DNA of 63,329 bases, the filler included, from Sphacelaria rigidula (lineage: Eukaryota): NCBI GenBank assembly GCA_964200075.2. It is 8 parts of 8 records of this genome, joined end to end, with 100 filler letters (N's around TTAATTAATTAA, not from the genome) between each part and the next. Parts side by side here need not be neighbours in the genome. Positions count along the whole stretch, not along the records: positions 23,788 to 31,616 come from CAXNAA020013330.1; positions 31,717 to 39,545 come from CAXNAA020013331.1; 6 more parts are not named here. The stretch is one strand, 5' to 3'. Shown piece by piece: positions 24,977-39,180 of the stretch (position 1 is its first letter; each line of letters begins with the position of its first letter). The translations under genes were made by a program, and so were the position numbers. A model generated the notes under the pieces. That model saw only the letters and a program-made list of their open reading frames with translations, ran no database searches and had not been told where the DNA came from.

Positions 24977-27904
24977 TCTAAATTATGACACGTCAAATTA
25001 ATATTGTGCAGTAGTCCAAGTTGTTCAAACTTCGGGATTTTACGACTGTCCTCTGTAACCACGGGTTCGAGGGATCGAGCTAATTTAACGAACATCATAA
25101 TATAAGTGTTTTCGGATTTGTAGAGGGTTCACAGAAAAGGATATGACGTGTACTTATGTCATAACCTTTGATTCACAGTCTCAAGCGCTCGCCCACATCG
25201 TAACAGGGGTGTTTCAAGCTGGAGATTCACGGTGAAACATACCGGGAACCTCGAGTTTGAGATGCCGCTATTACGACGAGTGGGCGTGTGACGGCAAAAA
25301 AAAATTCACACGTCTATGCAAGATATCTGTCGTCGTGAATGAGGTTGAACCCGCGTTCGAATTTTTGGGGGTTATGCGCCAAATAGTTTTCAAAACGAAA
25401 GTAATTTACGTAAAGTAGACCGCGAGGAGGGTAGTCCATCCGGACTATGCATGTTTTTTACAAGTGAAATTGATGCTGATTCAACACATGACCTACTCTT
25501 GCTGTCGAAGGGTTAAAGCAGGTGTGGCAAGATGCACCCACTTTATGCTGTGTGCGCACGTGTGTGTCGATGACGTCGCCACTGGAGGGGTAATGGTGGA
25601 GAGAAAGCTCCTCGCTCGTGCGCTTTTTGTGTCTTCATTGGGTGATTCCCAACTGCTGGAGAGATTGCCGTAATGCCATCATCATATACCCAAATTGCTA
25701 GCCTTCTCGTCGGCACAAGAACGGCTATCCTGCAGTGTCTCCCTGTTTTGGAAGGTGATCGTGGCGAAATGGACCGCGGGTCTAAATGAAATGGGTAGTG
25801 TGGCTGCATACAAAATATGAAAAAACGAGCAAGTAAGCAAACCGTATCAGGCAGAACTGAGAAGCGCGGAAGGATGTACGGCGACTTGATGCAGCTAAAG
25901 GCTTCACATTCGATTAGATGCGTGTTTTTTTTTGTTTCTTGCGTTCGTCTTCTGCACTGGGATGTCAGTCCACTGCGATAATCCGATCCTCCTGTCGTGT
26001 CGAGTAGTACTGCGGGTCTGGCTAGTCTGCCGAAAGCGAAAAAGGCGAAGAGGCCCTCAATGCATATAGAGGAGCAGTCTGGTGCCTGGCAGCTGGAGAC
26101 AACGGCCGACAGATAGCCCAAGGAAGCAAGATGGAACAGGTGGGAACGGTGTGATGTTTTATCGTGCCGCGTGAACATGGATTTGTACCGAAACGCTAAC
26201 CCTAAGAGACATATGACAAAACAAAGAGGTGTCCCAAGCAACTTAGGAACGAAAGATGCAAGTAATACCACACTCAGCACGATGTAGATAGCCAGCATCT
26301 CCATCACATTACAGATAGGTCGGTCAGAACGGCCCTCCTCTCTTGTTGTCCGTGGTCATTGTCAATTTCAAATCAAGTACAGGAGTCCCGGCCAACTTAA
26401 CGGTATGATGCAGGGTACTTCACTATGCACTGTACTGTATTGTACTGTGAGGTAAATGTACTAAAATACAGCGAGCGCACAGCAACCCAGAAGTGTGTTG
26501 CGGCAGAGACTCAGGTAGACGTGCAGCCGCGCACAGCAACCCGGATGTGCTCTGCTGTCTCGACTTGATGTGTCGATTGCTGTGGGAGCTCTCCCATGTG
26601 CCTGGCGACGCTTTTGGTCGTCATTTACCTTCTTTCAACAGAACAGAATGTTGAAGTTGACATTGCCGAGGACGGAGGGACGGGGGGGAGGGGAGGGGGG
26701 CGTTTTGACCGAGTTTTGGGCAAGCAGGGTGCACTCGTGAGGAACACGTAGCCGCTATAATAGTGAAGACGGAGTTGTGTGGAAGAGGCTATTTATTTAT
26801 TTTTTAAAACATGTTGCACTTCCAGAAATCCGCTGAGGTCAAGTGGTCCCTGAATCTTACTTCGTTCGTTCCCCCATCGAAGACTACGGGAGAAAATCTT
26901 CCTCATGTGAAAGCGTTGGGCATGTCGGTTTCTTTTTTTTTAATCCCGCGGAACAGAATTTCGTGTTTGTGCTTTCGCAAATGACCCCATCGGCCGTCGT
27001 GTCCCTGTGCATCAGCACTTGGAAAAACCCGATGCATTCGCATGACCGCTCGTGCAAGCAATGTCACGCACCCACAAGGCCTGTGCTGGGGTACAACTGC
27101 AATACAGCAGTCGCTTTGGAGGGACAGATTGCATTTGTTTTTCGAACTAACAAACAATAACGCTAACCCTAACCCTAACCCCGACCCAAGGCGTACGAGA
27201 CGCTCGGGCAAGGTGGGTGATCCGTTCCCCCAGGCAATGTGTGCGTTGGTAGACCTCAAATCGACGCCGCAGGCGCTGATTTCGACAAGAACACGTTCTG
27301 GACGAGCTAAGTCCACTGCTCACCTGCCCCGAACCATAAATTTTCTCAGAACTTTCTCAAGTCTAAAATCAAGTAGTCATGTTGTCAACCATAGATATAC
27401 GACCAATGCTTCAGGCCTACTGACCTAGGGAGCAGACACTGCCTGACAAGTGCAGTGATGTCGCTATAGTATCGCAGTATCAACAAGGGCGGGAACGTGG
27501 GTTTGCGGTCAAAGTCGCTATCCCTCGTAGCCTTCTCCGCGCTGGCCCGTGTACACACGGAAACATTGCTTTCCGGACTAGCTTGCAATGGCTAACTTTC
27601 GTCTGCCTGCTATGTTCCATGTGCATGTGTGTGCTTCACTTCATGATCACGCTCGAGACGAACCCGCTCACATCACGACTACAAATGCGCGCTGTCCTTT
27701 CGTTTCCTCGCTCCTATCACCCGTGCGTTTGCCGTGACTTTCATACTTCCGGGGTTGGCCTGCCGGTTGCCGTCCGCTTCGCCGTCGACCTTGGCCATAC
27801 TCATCTGCGCCGGGAAATTGAACGCCGTTTTCCCGCCTTTCACGCTTACCCGCTGCCAATGGACATCGTGCGCAATATTGATGTGTCGGCGGGGGGGGGG
27901 GCTG

Positions 27905-30474
27905 ATGATGGATATTTCACGGATTACGACACACCGGCAGGTTTTTTTCAGGCTTCACGTGCGATGTGTCACCACCGTGACCAGGTTACTCCCGCCGAAG
28001 GTATGCTCCGGCACGTTTTAACACACGTACACCCCGAGCCATCACTACCTCATTTTGTGATGATTTTTCATAACGTTTTGGACAGAAAGGACTTTTGTTT
28101 TCTAGTATACCTCCATGTACCTATCGTGAATGAAGTGACGAGCGTTGGTCGGACGTGCTTTTCTTCACCTCTGAGGAACCAGCAGCCGTATCCGTGATGC
28201 CGAGGGCGCTTCCATGTGCTTTCTGATTTTTGGAGTTACGTCTCTGTGCTGTTTCTGCACACCAAGGAAGTTAACCTGGCCTGCCGCGACGGAGGTACTT
28301 GTTTTGATTACCTCCTCACCGGCAAGCCCGAACAAGTACGTCTCAAAAATCAGAGGGCCCCGAAAAAGCTGCTGCTTAGTTTATCTGAATTCCGATAGTA
28401 GGGTTACGACGTGTGCGTGGCAGGAACACGCGTGATAACATGTACTAGCATTCCGATCACCGTGTTTAGAACACAACCAGAAGCGTCAACGATGTGGCAG
28501 TAACGTCGCTGAAGTGGTTGTTTTCCAGTCTCGACCCTCTCGAGACAGATGGGAGGTTCTGCACTCGCGACGCATGGAGCTTTTCGAGGCGATATTTGCA
28601 AGGTAGGCGCTCCACTCCGCTCACTCGTCAGCTCACATTCTGACCCTCCGAGACCTTGACCCCGTCTGTGCCGCCTCCGACGTGTTTCCTGGGACGCGTG
28701 ATCCCCCGTCGAAATCAGGCGAGGCGGGTATTGGAGTACGTCACTCTCGCGAATGCGTTCTGCTTGCTGCTGTCCCTGGCCTGGCTGCATGCACACTTCG
28801 TGAATCCCAAGGGGCAGGGACCGGCGGTTTCATGCTTGCCAGCGGCGCTTGCGCGAGCCGGGGTGGATCCTGCACATCTGCACGTGCTGCAGGTACCAGT
28901 GCTATGTTGCCCTGTACGTCGATAATGCGACCGTTTCTTTTGTCGGATGCTGCTTTGTCAAACACGTGTGTCTGGTCGAATTGCTTTTTTCGGAGAGAGA
29001 CTTCGAGCGAGAAGATACTCCCACAATATTGTCGCTACGGCACTTACAGCGGTGGTGAGACGACAAAATAATCAATTAAGGGGACCGGGTGCTTTCTTGG
29101 TTTGTCCTTGAAACAGCGATAAACATCGTCAGGTGCTGATTTGATTGGGCATATCGTCTAAAACGGAATACTTTGTTGACGGTACGGTACATGCACTTCG
29201 GCCGTCGAAAAATGAAACGGTTCTCGCAGATACACATACGAACACCGTCGAATGAAGAACAAGAGAGACCGACAGCGTTAAGCACCTCTTCGTCGCCATC
29301 CTCCTCTGATGCTCTCACCGAGAATGAGCAACCACGACATAACACCGCTCTCCACTCCAATGACGGACTGGCGGCGTCATCCTCAGCTGCTAGCAGCGGC
29401 CGTGGCGCGACAGTACCGCCCGACCCCGGCACACCCTCGCTGTCACCGCACGATCAATCGTCGCGTGGTGCTGAATGCAGCAGAATTAGCAGCACAGGCA
29501 GTCTTGCTGGAGGGATTGATTTTAACAACGAAGACACACACGATGCTGAACGGGCGCACGGATGCAGCAGCGGTGATAAAAACGAGGGCGCGGCGGACAT
29601 GTCGGTCGGCGAGAAGTTACCGTCGGAGCCCCTGCCCTCTGAGGTTTTCTACAGCATGAAAGTAGTGGCAGGCAAGGATGCTGTGGGGACGCTCTCGGGA
29701 CCCGGCACGCTCGGGATTGAAAGGCGGCGCGCCAACGTAGGAGGAGCAGGAGAAGGAGTACCACCACCACCATCACCATCACGGAATCCTGGGAAACAAG
29801 AGGGTAATGTGGACGTGTGTCAGCCGGTAGCGGAGGGTGGCTGGACGGGTAGCAGCAGCGGCGGCGGCGGCAACATTTGCGGAGAGGGTAGCAATCGAGG
29901 GAACAGCGGAGGGGAGGAGAGGCGTCCGGCGGTTCGAACTCTCCTAGACGCGTTGTCGTGGGGAGGTAGCCGGGGCGGAGGCAGCAAGGATGGACAAGAG
30001 GTCGGGGGCGGCAAAAATGTGCGATTGGTAGTAACGGGAGGCAGCGGTGGCCAAGAAGGCGGAAGCGGGCGTAAGCCAATGGGTGGGCTTAACGGCCATG
30101 GGGTCGAGGCTCAGATGGCATCGGTCGATGACCGGGGCGCGCTTGGAGGCTATGGTCCAACTGCACAAAGAGCGCCAAAACCATCAGAAGATGCCGGAGG
30201 TGCCGGAGTCGGTCTTGACGGGAGGAGCAGTGGAGGTTTCGATGAGGAACACGTGGTGACCGGTATGGGAGCGGGGTATGCGCGGGGCAAGGGGCGGAGT
30301 GGAAATGGGGGTGGTGGCCAGGACGCTCTCGTGTTTCCCGACGAAGTGTACCTGTACTCGCTGGAGAAAGGCTTCCTGATGCTGAGGCCGGACTTGCGGC
30401 AGAAGCATGGGATCGTGACGGCGAATGTGACGGTCAGCGTGCACGATCCATGCCTCGGCGGTCCCGTGATCCAG
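27905..30474 (+). CDS. TMEM259: Membralin (TMEM259) homologue, exons 27905-28000, 28719-28892, 29230-30474; 3' exons not in the contig
   Basis: All introns GT-AG, phase 0. Spliced QVFFRLHVRCVTTVTRLLPPK|ARRVLEYVTLANAFCLLLSLAWLHAHFV and VYLYSLEKGFLMLRPDLRQKHGIVTANVTVSVHDPCLGG match the conserved membralin blocks. Confidence 0.88.
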
Positions 30475-33400
30475 GTGACTATTTGTGATATGGATGTGGT
30501 GTGTACAATTTTTTGGCGAAAGAAAGACAAGATTTGTTATGTTGCGTGCTGAACGCACTAGGTGGCTCTGCACAAGAGTATACTACACCAGCAGTGGCGC
30601 CCAGTTACATTACTTTTATTCAGTCACTGCTCCTGAACACTAAGGCTCAATGATCGAGTGACCGATGCACCTGCGAGAAACATACGATAATTTCATACAT
30701 ATATCAAGTACCCGTGACTTACGTGAGACCACCTAGTGTTTTGATATCTTCCTATTTTTTCAGCCACAATATTCTGGTGCTGTGTTGAGACCATATCATC
30801 GTGCTCTACCCTTTCACCGGGAGGATTCGTCATTTGTTGAATCAGCATGAATTTCATTCGAATAATGAATTCATAACCAGATGACGTACCCTCGCGGCCG
30901 AATGGTTAACGCGGTAAGTTCAGCCTGCCGGTTTGCTCAGTTCGAGTGATGAAGCAAATGCCACTAAATACAAAACATCGAAGCCATCGTCGAACGAGAA
31001 ATCCGCGAGGGAATTTCAAGTGACTCACCGAAAGCAAGCTTCTACTCGATATTGCGTCATACCCCAGCCCACCATAGATTACCGAGCGCGCGTCCAGTAC
31101 CGAGTACCTCACAGGGTACGGTGGGGTATTGACTGCGGGAAGTACCAAGTCTTGTAGGGTATCTAAGGTGCCGGGGCAGAAACCGTCCGTGGTATTCCGC
31201 GGTACCTGGGAGGTATCGAACCCTCTCTTTACCATACCCTGGACAAAATATTTTATCGTCAAGGGGTGTACTGCGTACAGTATGGATTCTATTGTCTACC
31301 GTCATAGACGCAATAGTCGATACTGTAGGCAGTACCCCTTTTTACATATGTAATATACTTCCTCTGTCCCATAAGTCTGTATCGTTATGGACGTTTAATC
31401 GTGTGGGTATTTCAATGCTCACGATCATGCTACAGTTGGGCTCGTTGGAGAGATAACATACAGACGAAGCTGATTGAGAAAAAAAAAAATGTTTTCAATA
31501 CTAAAATCATATCAAAATATACCCCATTTTGGCTTTTTTGGGTCCACTTATACCCCGACGTTGATCAATTTTGGACGTTTTGACGTCGAGCACTCGCGAT
31601 TGCATGCTGAAAAGTTNNNNNNNNNNNNNNNNNNNNNNNNNNNNNNNNNNNNNNNNNNNNTTAATTAATTAANNNNNNNNNNNNNNNNNNNNNNNNNNNN
31701 NNNNNNNNNNNNNNNNGTCAGGGAAAGCACGGCTTTTCAGTTGAACCTCATTTTTTTTTCAACCCCATTTTCGAGAATCGGCTGTTATTTCACTTTTTTC
31801 GCGAAATCTTGTGCGAGGCCCTCCCTCGCTGTGTTTTTGGACCGGTGATATGTCTCATGAATCGCAAACTTGGTCGCAGGGTATCGCACACATCTCCGAT
31901 CCAGCCCGATTTATGCCTGTATGTTTTTTTTTTTTAGGGGGGGGGGGTTGTCGCGGCATTACTCTAGTCTCCATCCGGTATACCTACCCAGAAATATTTT
32001 GTGCACCCCTACCGTAGCATTGCTCTCTCCGCCTTCCTTCTGCGGTGCCTCCCTTATTTTGTTCACCCAGAGAGGGTTCAGCACTCCCTGTCCCTCGTCG
32101 ACCATGAATTCGTTGTTTTCTTCATGATTCATGTCAGGTATATCATATTTCCAATTCAAATGGATTCAACTCTTTTCGTTCGTTTTCCTCGTGAACTTCG
32201 GTCACTGCTTTTGCATCCATGGTGTAATATTTGGGGAAGATTAGCTCGTCGAGCCCGGAATGTTCATGTGTGCAAAGCCGGTCGACTGAAAGAAAACGGC
32301 CGCCGGGTCGTGCAGCGATTCCAAGCGGGGCATGCAATGCACGTGGACCCAGGTCCCCGATGGTGGTGTAGTAGACGTAACCAAAAATAATTAACCATTG
32401 TTCCTGTAACACCCGTACGTCCCTGAAGCACATACACTGACCGTACGAAACATCCGGACACCAAATTGCAACGTACCAGAACAAATACGGTGGCATTGAC
32501 CATTTCAAGTGTAAACCTCGAGAAGCATCTTCGTGCATCGACAACAGGAGCTCGTAGCAAAAATGATCGTATGTGCGCCTTGAAACAAAACCAAGCCTCC
32601 GCTCAAAAACGTCTCAGTAACTACTGAACCGATGAAAATATCGCATCAGGGAAGTCCTATAAAAGCACCGCCCCCAGTGCCACATGTCTATTTTGCATCC
32701 CACGAGATTTTCTTTGGGGTGCCCGACTACGCTGTTCACGAGGCGATCCATCGTCCTGCCGTTGACTGCCTGGTTCTCGAGCTCATTTACTAGAGTGACC
32801 ATGGAAACAAAAGAATCGCAGCCCACGATGTTCAGAAAACGCAACATTTTGTTTTTGGAGTGATTCTGCTCATGGGAATTGAGATTGACGCCCGCCAACT
32901 CGTCACACATCCTGAGCCCACCAAACAACGCTCGACCCTGCCGGCCGTGATTTGTTTCGTGAGGTCCGTCGGGGGATAGGTACAGTACGGCACACCTTCG
33001 GAAAACCGGATGAGGTCGTCGAACGCGGGCGTTCGCGGGCAGGTTGATGTTGAAGGGAAGGCCGTAGCCTCCGACTAATCCCTCCTCACTCGCTCTTTCT
33101 CCAGAATTAAAGCCGAATAGTGCAATCTGCAAGCACTGGACAGCGTGGACGGGGATCCAAAACCCTGCCCCACCACGTAGAATACGCACTGCGGGAGTAA
33201 TGACGGCGACAAACAACAATTTTCAGCAAGAGAAGACAAATCAAAGATGTAACGGAGAGGGTGCTTCTGGAAAGTAGGAGACTACCTCATGTCCATCATG
33301 ACGAAACAGGAATATCACGCTCCACGGGAAACAAGGGGGGGGGTGTGAATAAATATTTTCAACTTTGAATCAAAGAAAAACAGGCGACAACAGCAAAAAA

Positions 33401-34149
33401 TGTCCGCACCTGCTTTATCCTTCATGCGGTCATTGGCGGGTTGTAGTTCGGCAGCGATGAAGTCCACCTTGGCCTGCAGGAAACGAACGACGAGGTTGCT
33501 GTAGATCAGCGACACACAGGACAAAAGCTCTATCCTCGATTCGTAAAATCCCGTGTCAGGCCACAGTGGAGATAATAAAAAAATGGCATTTCTTCCCCTG
33601 ATCTTTTAGAACCTAACCGCTTGTTATTAAAAATGCAATTTTGGTAAAGGGAAAGACTGTTACCTCCGGGAACGAAAATATGTCATGGAACGGTTTCAAT
33701 CAGTGGAGCGAGTCATTGCAAGGTGTCAACATCAGTCTAGCCCTCTTTTCGGGCGTAAAACGACAGAGGAGGGCTAACACGGCAGTTTTAATCAAGATCA
33801 TTTTTTGAGACATAATAAATGTACTTGGACTTTTGTGACATGTTTCGCCTTCGTGGAAGCCCCTTACACTAGGTAGACCACGGGGTGCACCGCTTTCACT
33901 AAGAAAAATGACATGTGCGGCCCAACGGGAAAAGCTTTGACCTGAATTTTAATACGTGCGCTCCCGACGTCAATGCGCTGGAAATGAATGCGGTCGTCGA
34001 AAAAATCGATATACGCACAGTACGCCCACTTGTGACATATTCAAAATGTTGGTCACAATGTTAAACGGGTTCTGCTCTGTCGTTTATTGTTTTTCTGTCG
34101 GACACCACTGCATGTTTTTGTGCTTGATTATCTCAAACACTACCGAACC

Positions 34150-34950
34150 TCCATCTTTTCGCATTCTCGAAAACTGTTTACCTGTGCCTCACCCTTTTCC
34201 ATTACTTCATTAATGTATACATCCAAATATATATATATTTTATATTTCTACACCAAGGTATGTATACTGTACTACGATCGGCAGTTGCTTTTCGTCCCAC
34301 TTCCATTTGAACCCTACTGGATTTTTCTCATCTTCGTTACTGACGCGTACCTCGCATTTCTTAACGTTCGCTTTCACTCTCCATTTCCTAGTGTATCCTA
34401 CCGCCTTTTCTATTTGTTTCTGCAATCCTTCTGGTGTTCCTGATACCCCCATAAAATCATCCGCGAACATCAATCCTGATACCATATCTACACGCGCCTT
34501 GACTCGTTGCTTTGCTGCTTCTATTGCTATCATCTGGTCATCAATGAGTACCTTGAATGAAGAGAGTGATAACGTACATCCCTGTGCAACTCCTGTAAAA
34601 TATCAAAGTGTTTAAATATTTCCCCGTTAAGCAACATTGCACTCTCGGCACATTATGTCATCTTCACCATTCTCCGCATTTTTCCTCTGATCCCCGTTTC
34701 CCACACCCTTACGCAGCCCATTTCTCCATACCGTGCCATACGCCTTTCGTACGTTCAGAGAGAAAAAGCCCGGCGACTTCCCTACCTACCTTGAATAAAA
34801 TTACGTAGTGAGTACTCATGGTCTACGCAACTACGGTTTGGTCTAAAACCTGCTTGCCCCTCGTTGTTTTTTTCTTCCTTTTCTAGCATCGTTCCTACTC
34901 TATCGTTCAGAACCGTACGGAATGTTTTCCTCACCGTGCTCTCGGTCAGC
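34150..34950 (-). pseudogene. Non-LTR (LINE) reverse transcriptase fragment
   Basis: QAGFRPNRSCVDH, GVAQGCTLS, GLMFADDFMG, W-V-ANV-KC and YTYLGVEI motifs; stops and frameshifts. Confidence 0.95.
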
Positions 34951-36317
34951 CTTGTTTCGTTTAAAAAAAAGGTTGACTACTCTACCATGGGTGGGATCAC
35001 ACTGAGAAGATTACTGGCAGGCAATTGCTTCCTTGGGATCGCAGGCGTTACTCAGACCCCTCACTTGTGTGCATGCTCGTGAATCAGTGTTTCCCAAATT
35101 GTAGCGATTACAGCGTGAGAGACAACGAAGCGCGACTCACCAGTCAGTGGTTTACTATTTCCACAACGTATTTTGCGCCCCCCGCCCCCCGCCCTCCATA
35201 AAAACATGTGCGCGATCTGACTCCCGTCCGACGTGTAAAACCCTTCCGCATCCAATGCCGCTGCAGACACGCGTCCCAAAAGTGTTTACGAACACTCTTC
35301 GCTGCCTCCGGTAGACGAGATTGAACGCGATTGAAGTTGCTTGAAGAGATCCACGAGCATCGCCTCAATTGTGTAACTGGAAACAATTACGTCAGAGAAG
35401 TGAGGTTCGGTTAGAGACAACGACAGATACACGCAGAGAGATCGAAGCATCGCGGAGATTTACTACAGTCGAGCAAAGACGGCCATGTTGGAGCTTTTTC
35501 TCGTGATGAAAAATTCAAGTAAAAAGAGTCGGAGTTCTTGGATCAACAGGTAACGACACGCTTGTGCCCCTCCAAATAAAATGGTCGGCGACACAGCATC
35601 GACTGTCAAGGAGCATTGAAAAAAACAAGACAAAAATAACATGGTGAAAAAAATAATTCAAGGGGATCCCGAACCGCTATTTCACGTGAGCGTTTCACAC
35701 GACGCTTTAGGGATTTCAGAGGCAAAAGCAATAAAACACTTGCGGTAGGCAAATTTGTGGGCGGAGATGACGAATCCCGCACTTGTTTTCTCGTTGTCGT
35801 TCCAGTTATTGTGTTATAGATATGTTGCCAACAACGGCATTTTTCGCAATAAGAGATCAGGTCAAACCCTGACCGTCATGTTGAAGATTTTATCGCAAAT
35901 AAATATTCAAAGTAAACCAAGCTGTGTGTTTCCCCCCAACATCATCGTAAATTATACTGCATACCCTTCCCCCCTGCCTCCCCAAATCAGCGACACGGAA
36001 TCGAGTGCCGAGGAGCACAAAAACTACGAAACGTTCATAAGCACGGTGAACAAACCATTTCGAGGCGATTCCAAAGCGATTTTGTTTACGTGAAGCTTGT
36101 TGGACGACGGTTTAGGGTTTCTGTGGGCGAAGCGAAAAGCGACTCGTGAACTTTATTTTTCAGTTGGACAAGGCAAGCGGTCCCTAACCGCGGATGGCGC
36201 CTACAGCTTAGTACAAGTAGAGGGCGCGCATAATTGTACAGTGCTCTCGTAAACTCACAAGTTCCACCCAGCCTTGCCCCTGGGGCATCGGACGCAGACA
36301 CCATAGAGATATACACC

Positions 36318-36635
36318 CTCCAGCCGCCGCCGCAGCCGCCGCCGTCGCCACCGTTCCCATGCCCATCCCCCCTACCGCCGCCACCACCCCCCGTTCCACC
36401 CCTCATATCCTCACGGTCATGCCCTTCTCGGGTACTCTAGGCCGGTTGCACCCACGACGCTTCGTAGGATGGAGTAATGCCTGGTCCAGCACCTTGCACC
36501 TTGCATATAACCATAGCTGTACGCCACCGCCTCCCCCTCCGCCGCCGTTCCTATCGCGACCGCCTCTGCCACCACCTCCGATAAGCCGTCTGATCGGCGG
36601 CACTCCCTCCATGCCTCCCCCTTCCTCCTCCCCGA
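36318..36635. repeat. C-rich (CCG/CCA) low-complexity tract
   Basis: Imperfect CCN triplet runs producing Pro-rich and Gly-rich ORFs. Confidence 0.6.
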
Positions 36636-39042
36636 TATAAGAAGCCGTATGTCTGGTTCGATGTTTTGCCCCATCCTCCGATGCAGTTGTGCCGCGTGGA
36701 GTGCCCCTAACGACCGGTGTCGGTTCAGAACAACCAAGTCCAATTGCGACCAAGATGATAGCCTGGTGGCACAGGGTCGTATTGTGCAGTGTACAGAGCG
36801 TACTGCCGGAGGATGAGCTGTAGCCCGCGTGTTAGGTGTTTACCGAAAAAAAACGGGTCGCATCCCATCCAGCTCCTCGGCAACAAGCCCGTCTCCTCTA
36901 CTCAGAGAACGGTGTTTCTGTTATCGCCGTAGTTTCCCGCCAGAACGGTATGATTTCCCGCCAGCACAGCATGGAATTCACCCAACTACACACCATAGCT
37001 GCTATCCATGCCCAACCTCTCTAGGGTACAACCCCACAATTTCACTGTGATGTGATGATGGAGTCTTAGCATAGACTCTCGGGCTGTGTCGGACTGTATC
37101 GATCTGCCCTCGGGCTACGTCGCTCGCACAGCAATTGCAGCAGCGCGAGGTGTGCTGCGCAACTACTACTACTTACTGTAGTACTCGGAAGCGAGCGCAT
37201 GTAGCCAGACTACTGTATGTATCAAGTGAGGTCTTACTCTACAAGCTGGTACACTGCAGCGACTTGGCACGCCGAGGCGCAGCAGAAATGCTGCACAATG
37301 TTCTTGTATGTGTGTGACTGTGCTTGAGGGTGCGTGTGTGACATTGAGCGTGTGTGCGTCGGGTGTGTGTGCTGTGTGCTCGCTCTTGCTGAGAAGCGGC
37401 GCAATTTTCCCGGGACTGTCACGCACGAGGGGACAGCTAATTATGATCGCGAGAGGTGTTGTTCTACACATCAGGCTCATGTGTGAAAAGAACAACTAAT
37501 TATGATCTTCAGCACCTGCACACACCGTAACTTTCCGAGAACTATCTTCATCCTACCAAGTGGTAAGCAGACCTGTTCCAACACCCCTCACCGAGATCGC
37601 AATATCTCAGTACACACGGCAGCTCCAGAGGCAAATCAAGTTGCTCTGTGTAGATAAAACGTATGCCTATAAGCCCATCAGTTTCTGGCAGCGCGGATCG
37701 CTGTGGCAGATGGAAAAACGTGGGTAAAGTGAAGATATTGTGCGGAAGATACTGCACTATCCCGACCCTCAATCAAAGCACTCTTGGGCTTAAACGACGG
37801 CTAGTATTTAGCTACACCACCCTGCAGAGTTTCAGCTCACATACATCGGTGCAGGATCAGTAATCTTTGGTTGCGTGTCCGAGGGACAGGTTGGAAATGA
37901 CTTTCTCGCTTGTACAACGAGGCAGTACTTTTTTCAGGGATATCCATCGCTGGTTTGTGAGCTGTACTGGGTAGAATTGAGCCGGACTGGGATGAGAAGG
38001 TAAATTCAAATATATACTACAGCCGTGTATCGCTTTATTTGCAATATAACCCTCTGTGCACTTCTTTGACTCCGTCACGTCTTCATTTTGGGGGTGGTGG
38101 TGGGAAACGTGACACTAACCCCCGGCGTAACACTGCAGTATAATAACTGCGACAAAACGGTCAAGGCGCCTCGCGTGCCCTATATACTTGCTCTGTTTTG
38201 CTCGGGTGGATTAAAAAATGAATGTGTGCCAGCCCCCTTGTGCGCGAGTGATTCAAACATGGTGTCGGTCGGACCGGCGGGTCTGCAAAAGTGCAATATG
38301 AGCGCCTCTAGTCTGCAGTCTGCAGACAAGTTCTATTATTTCGCCTGCGCAGGCATATATATATATATATATATATATATGCTGGGTGGTGATGGCAAGA
38401 TACAGTGAGCGTGGCATCGCTCTCACTCGATACAGTCTCCTGCATGCTGCTATATCTCTGCTTAATGGAAACCTCCGGATGACCTTGGACTGTCGGCCTG
38501 TGAAACTGTTCCAAGGCGACGTTCGCTGTCTTGACACGTATACGTCCACAACGGTGACATATCCCGGGGTTGGATATTTTTTTCAAGTGCTTTTCAAGCT
38601 TTCCTCAAAACCTGCAATACTGTACTAAGTCGGTTTAGATTGCAAACGCTCTTATTATCACTTCCAGTGCTAGCAAGGGCAAGTGTACAGGATCATACTT
38701 TCTGGGATACGGATACTCACGCCTGCCAGACGGCGAAAATGAACCATGCAGAAGCCCCGTTGAAGACGACGATGACCATCACCACTAACATCGATAAGAA
38801 CTTGATCATTTCCGAGTGGAAGCAGATCTCGATCCATTAGGTGGAAGTACCAACATGTCGGGCTATACCGTCATCCACCATGCAGTTGGGACTTTTCTTG
38901 CTGTGCGCTGCTGCCCAACAGCAGATCGATCCAGCCAACCGACAAATATTGTCGATCGCTGAGAATGTGCTGGTTGAAGCAGTGGCCAAAATTGTAACCG
39001 CAGCTTCCCTTGCTCTTTTCTGCCTGTTTCTTTTGAGAGCGT

Positions 39043-39180
39043 TGGCCTAGAAAAGGTATACCTCCCCGTTTTTTGCCCAAGAAAGGTACGAAAAATGACC
39101 AGAAACGCGAAAACAGCCAAACACGCCATTCTGGCCCTTTTCGCTCCGAGTTTTTCACGCACATCATTCGGGGGGGGGCA
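39043..39180. repeat. Dispersed repeat (probable DNA-transposon end) shared, inverted, with 55502-55640
   Basis: aaaatggcgtgtttggctgttttcgcgt...ttttcgtacctttctt.gcaaaaaacg block. Confidence 0.8.

Noticed and set aside
25543..26307. 254-aa minus-strand ORF with a hydrophobic N-terminus
   Set aside because: No recognisable family, no convincing splice context, and the downstream part looks non-coding.
27163..27181. Telomere
   Set aside because: Only about three CCCTAA units, internal to the contig.
31030..31100. VIYGGLGYDAISS resembling the next membralin block
   Set aside because: It is on the opposite strand to the gene and within repeat-like sequence; probably chance.
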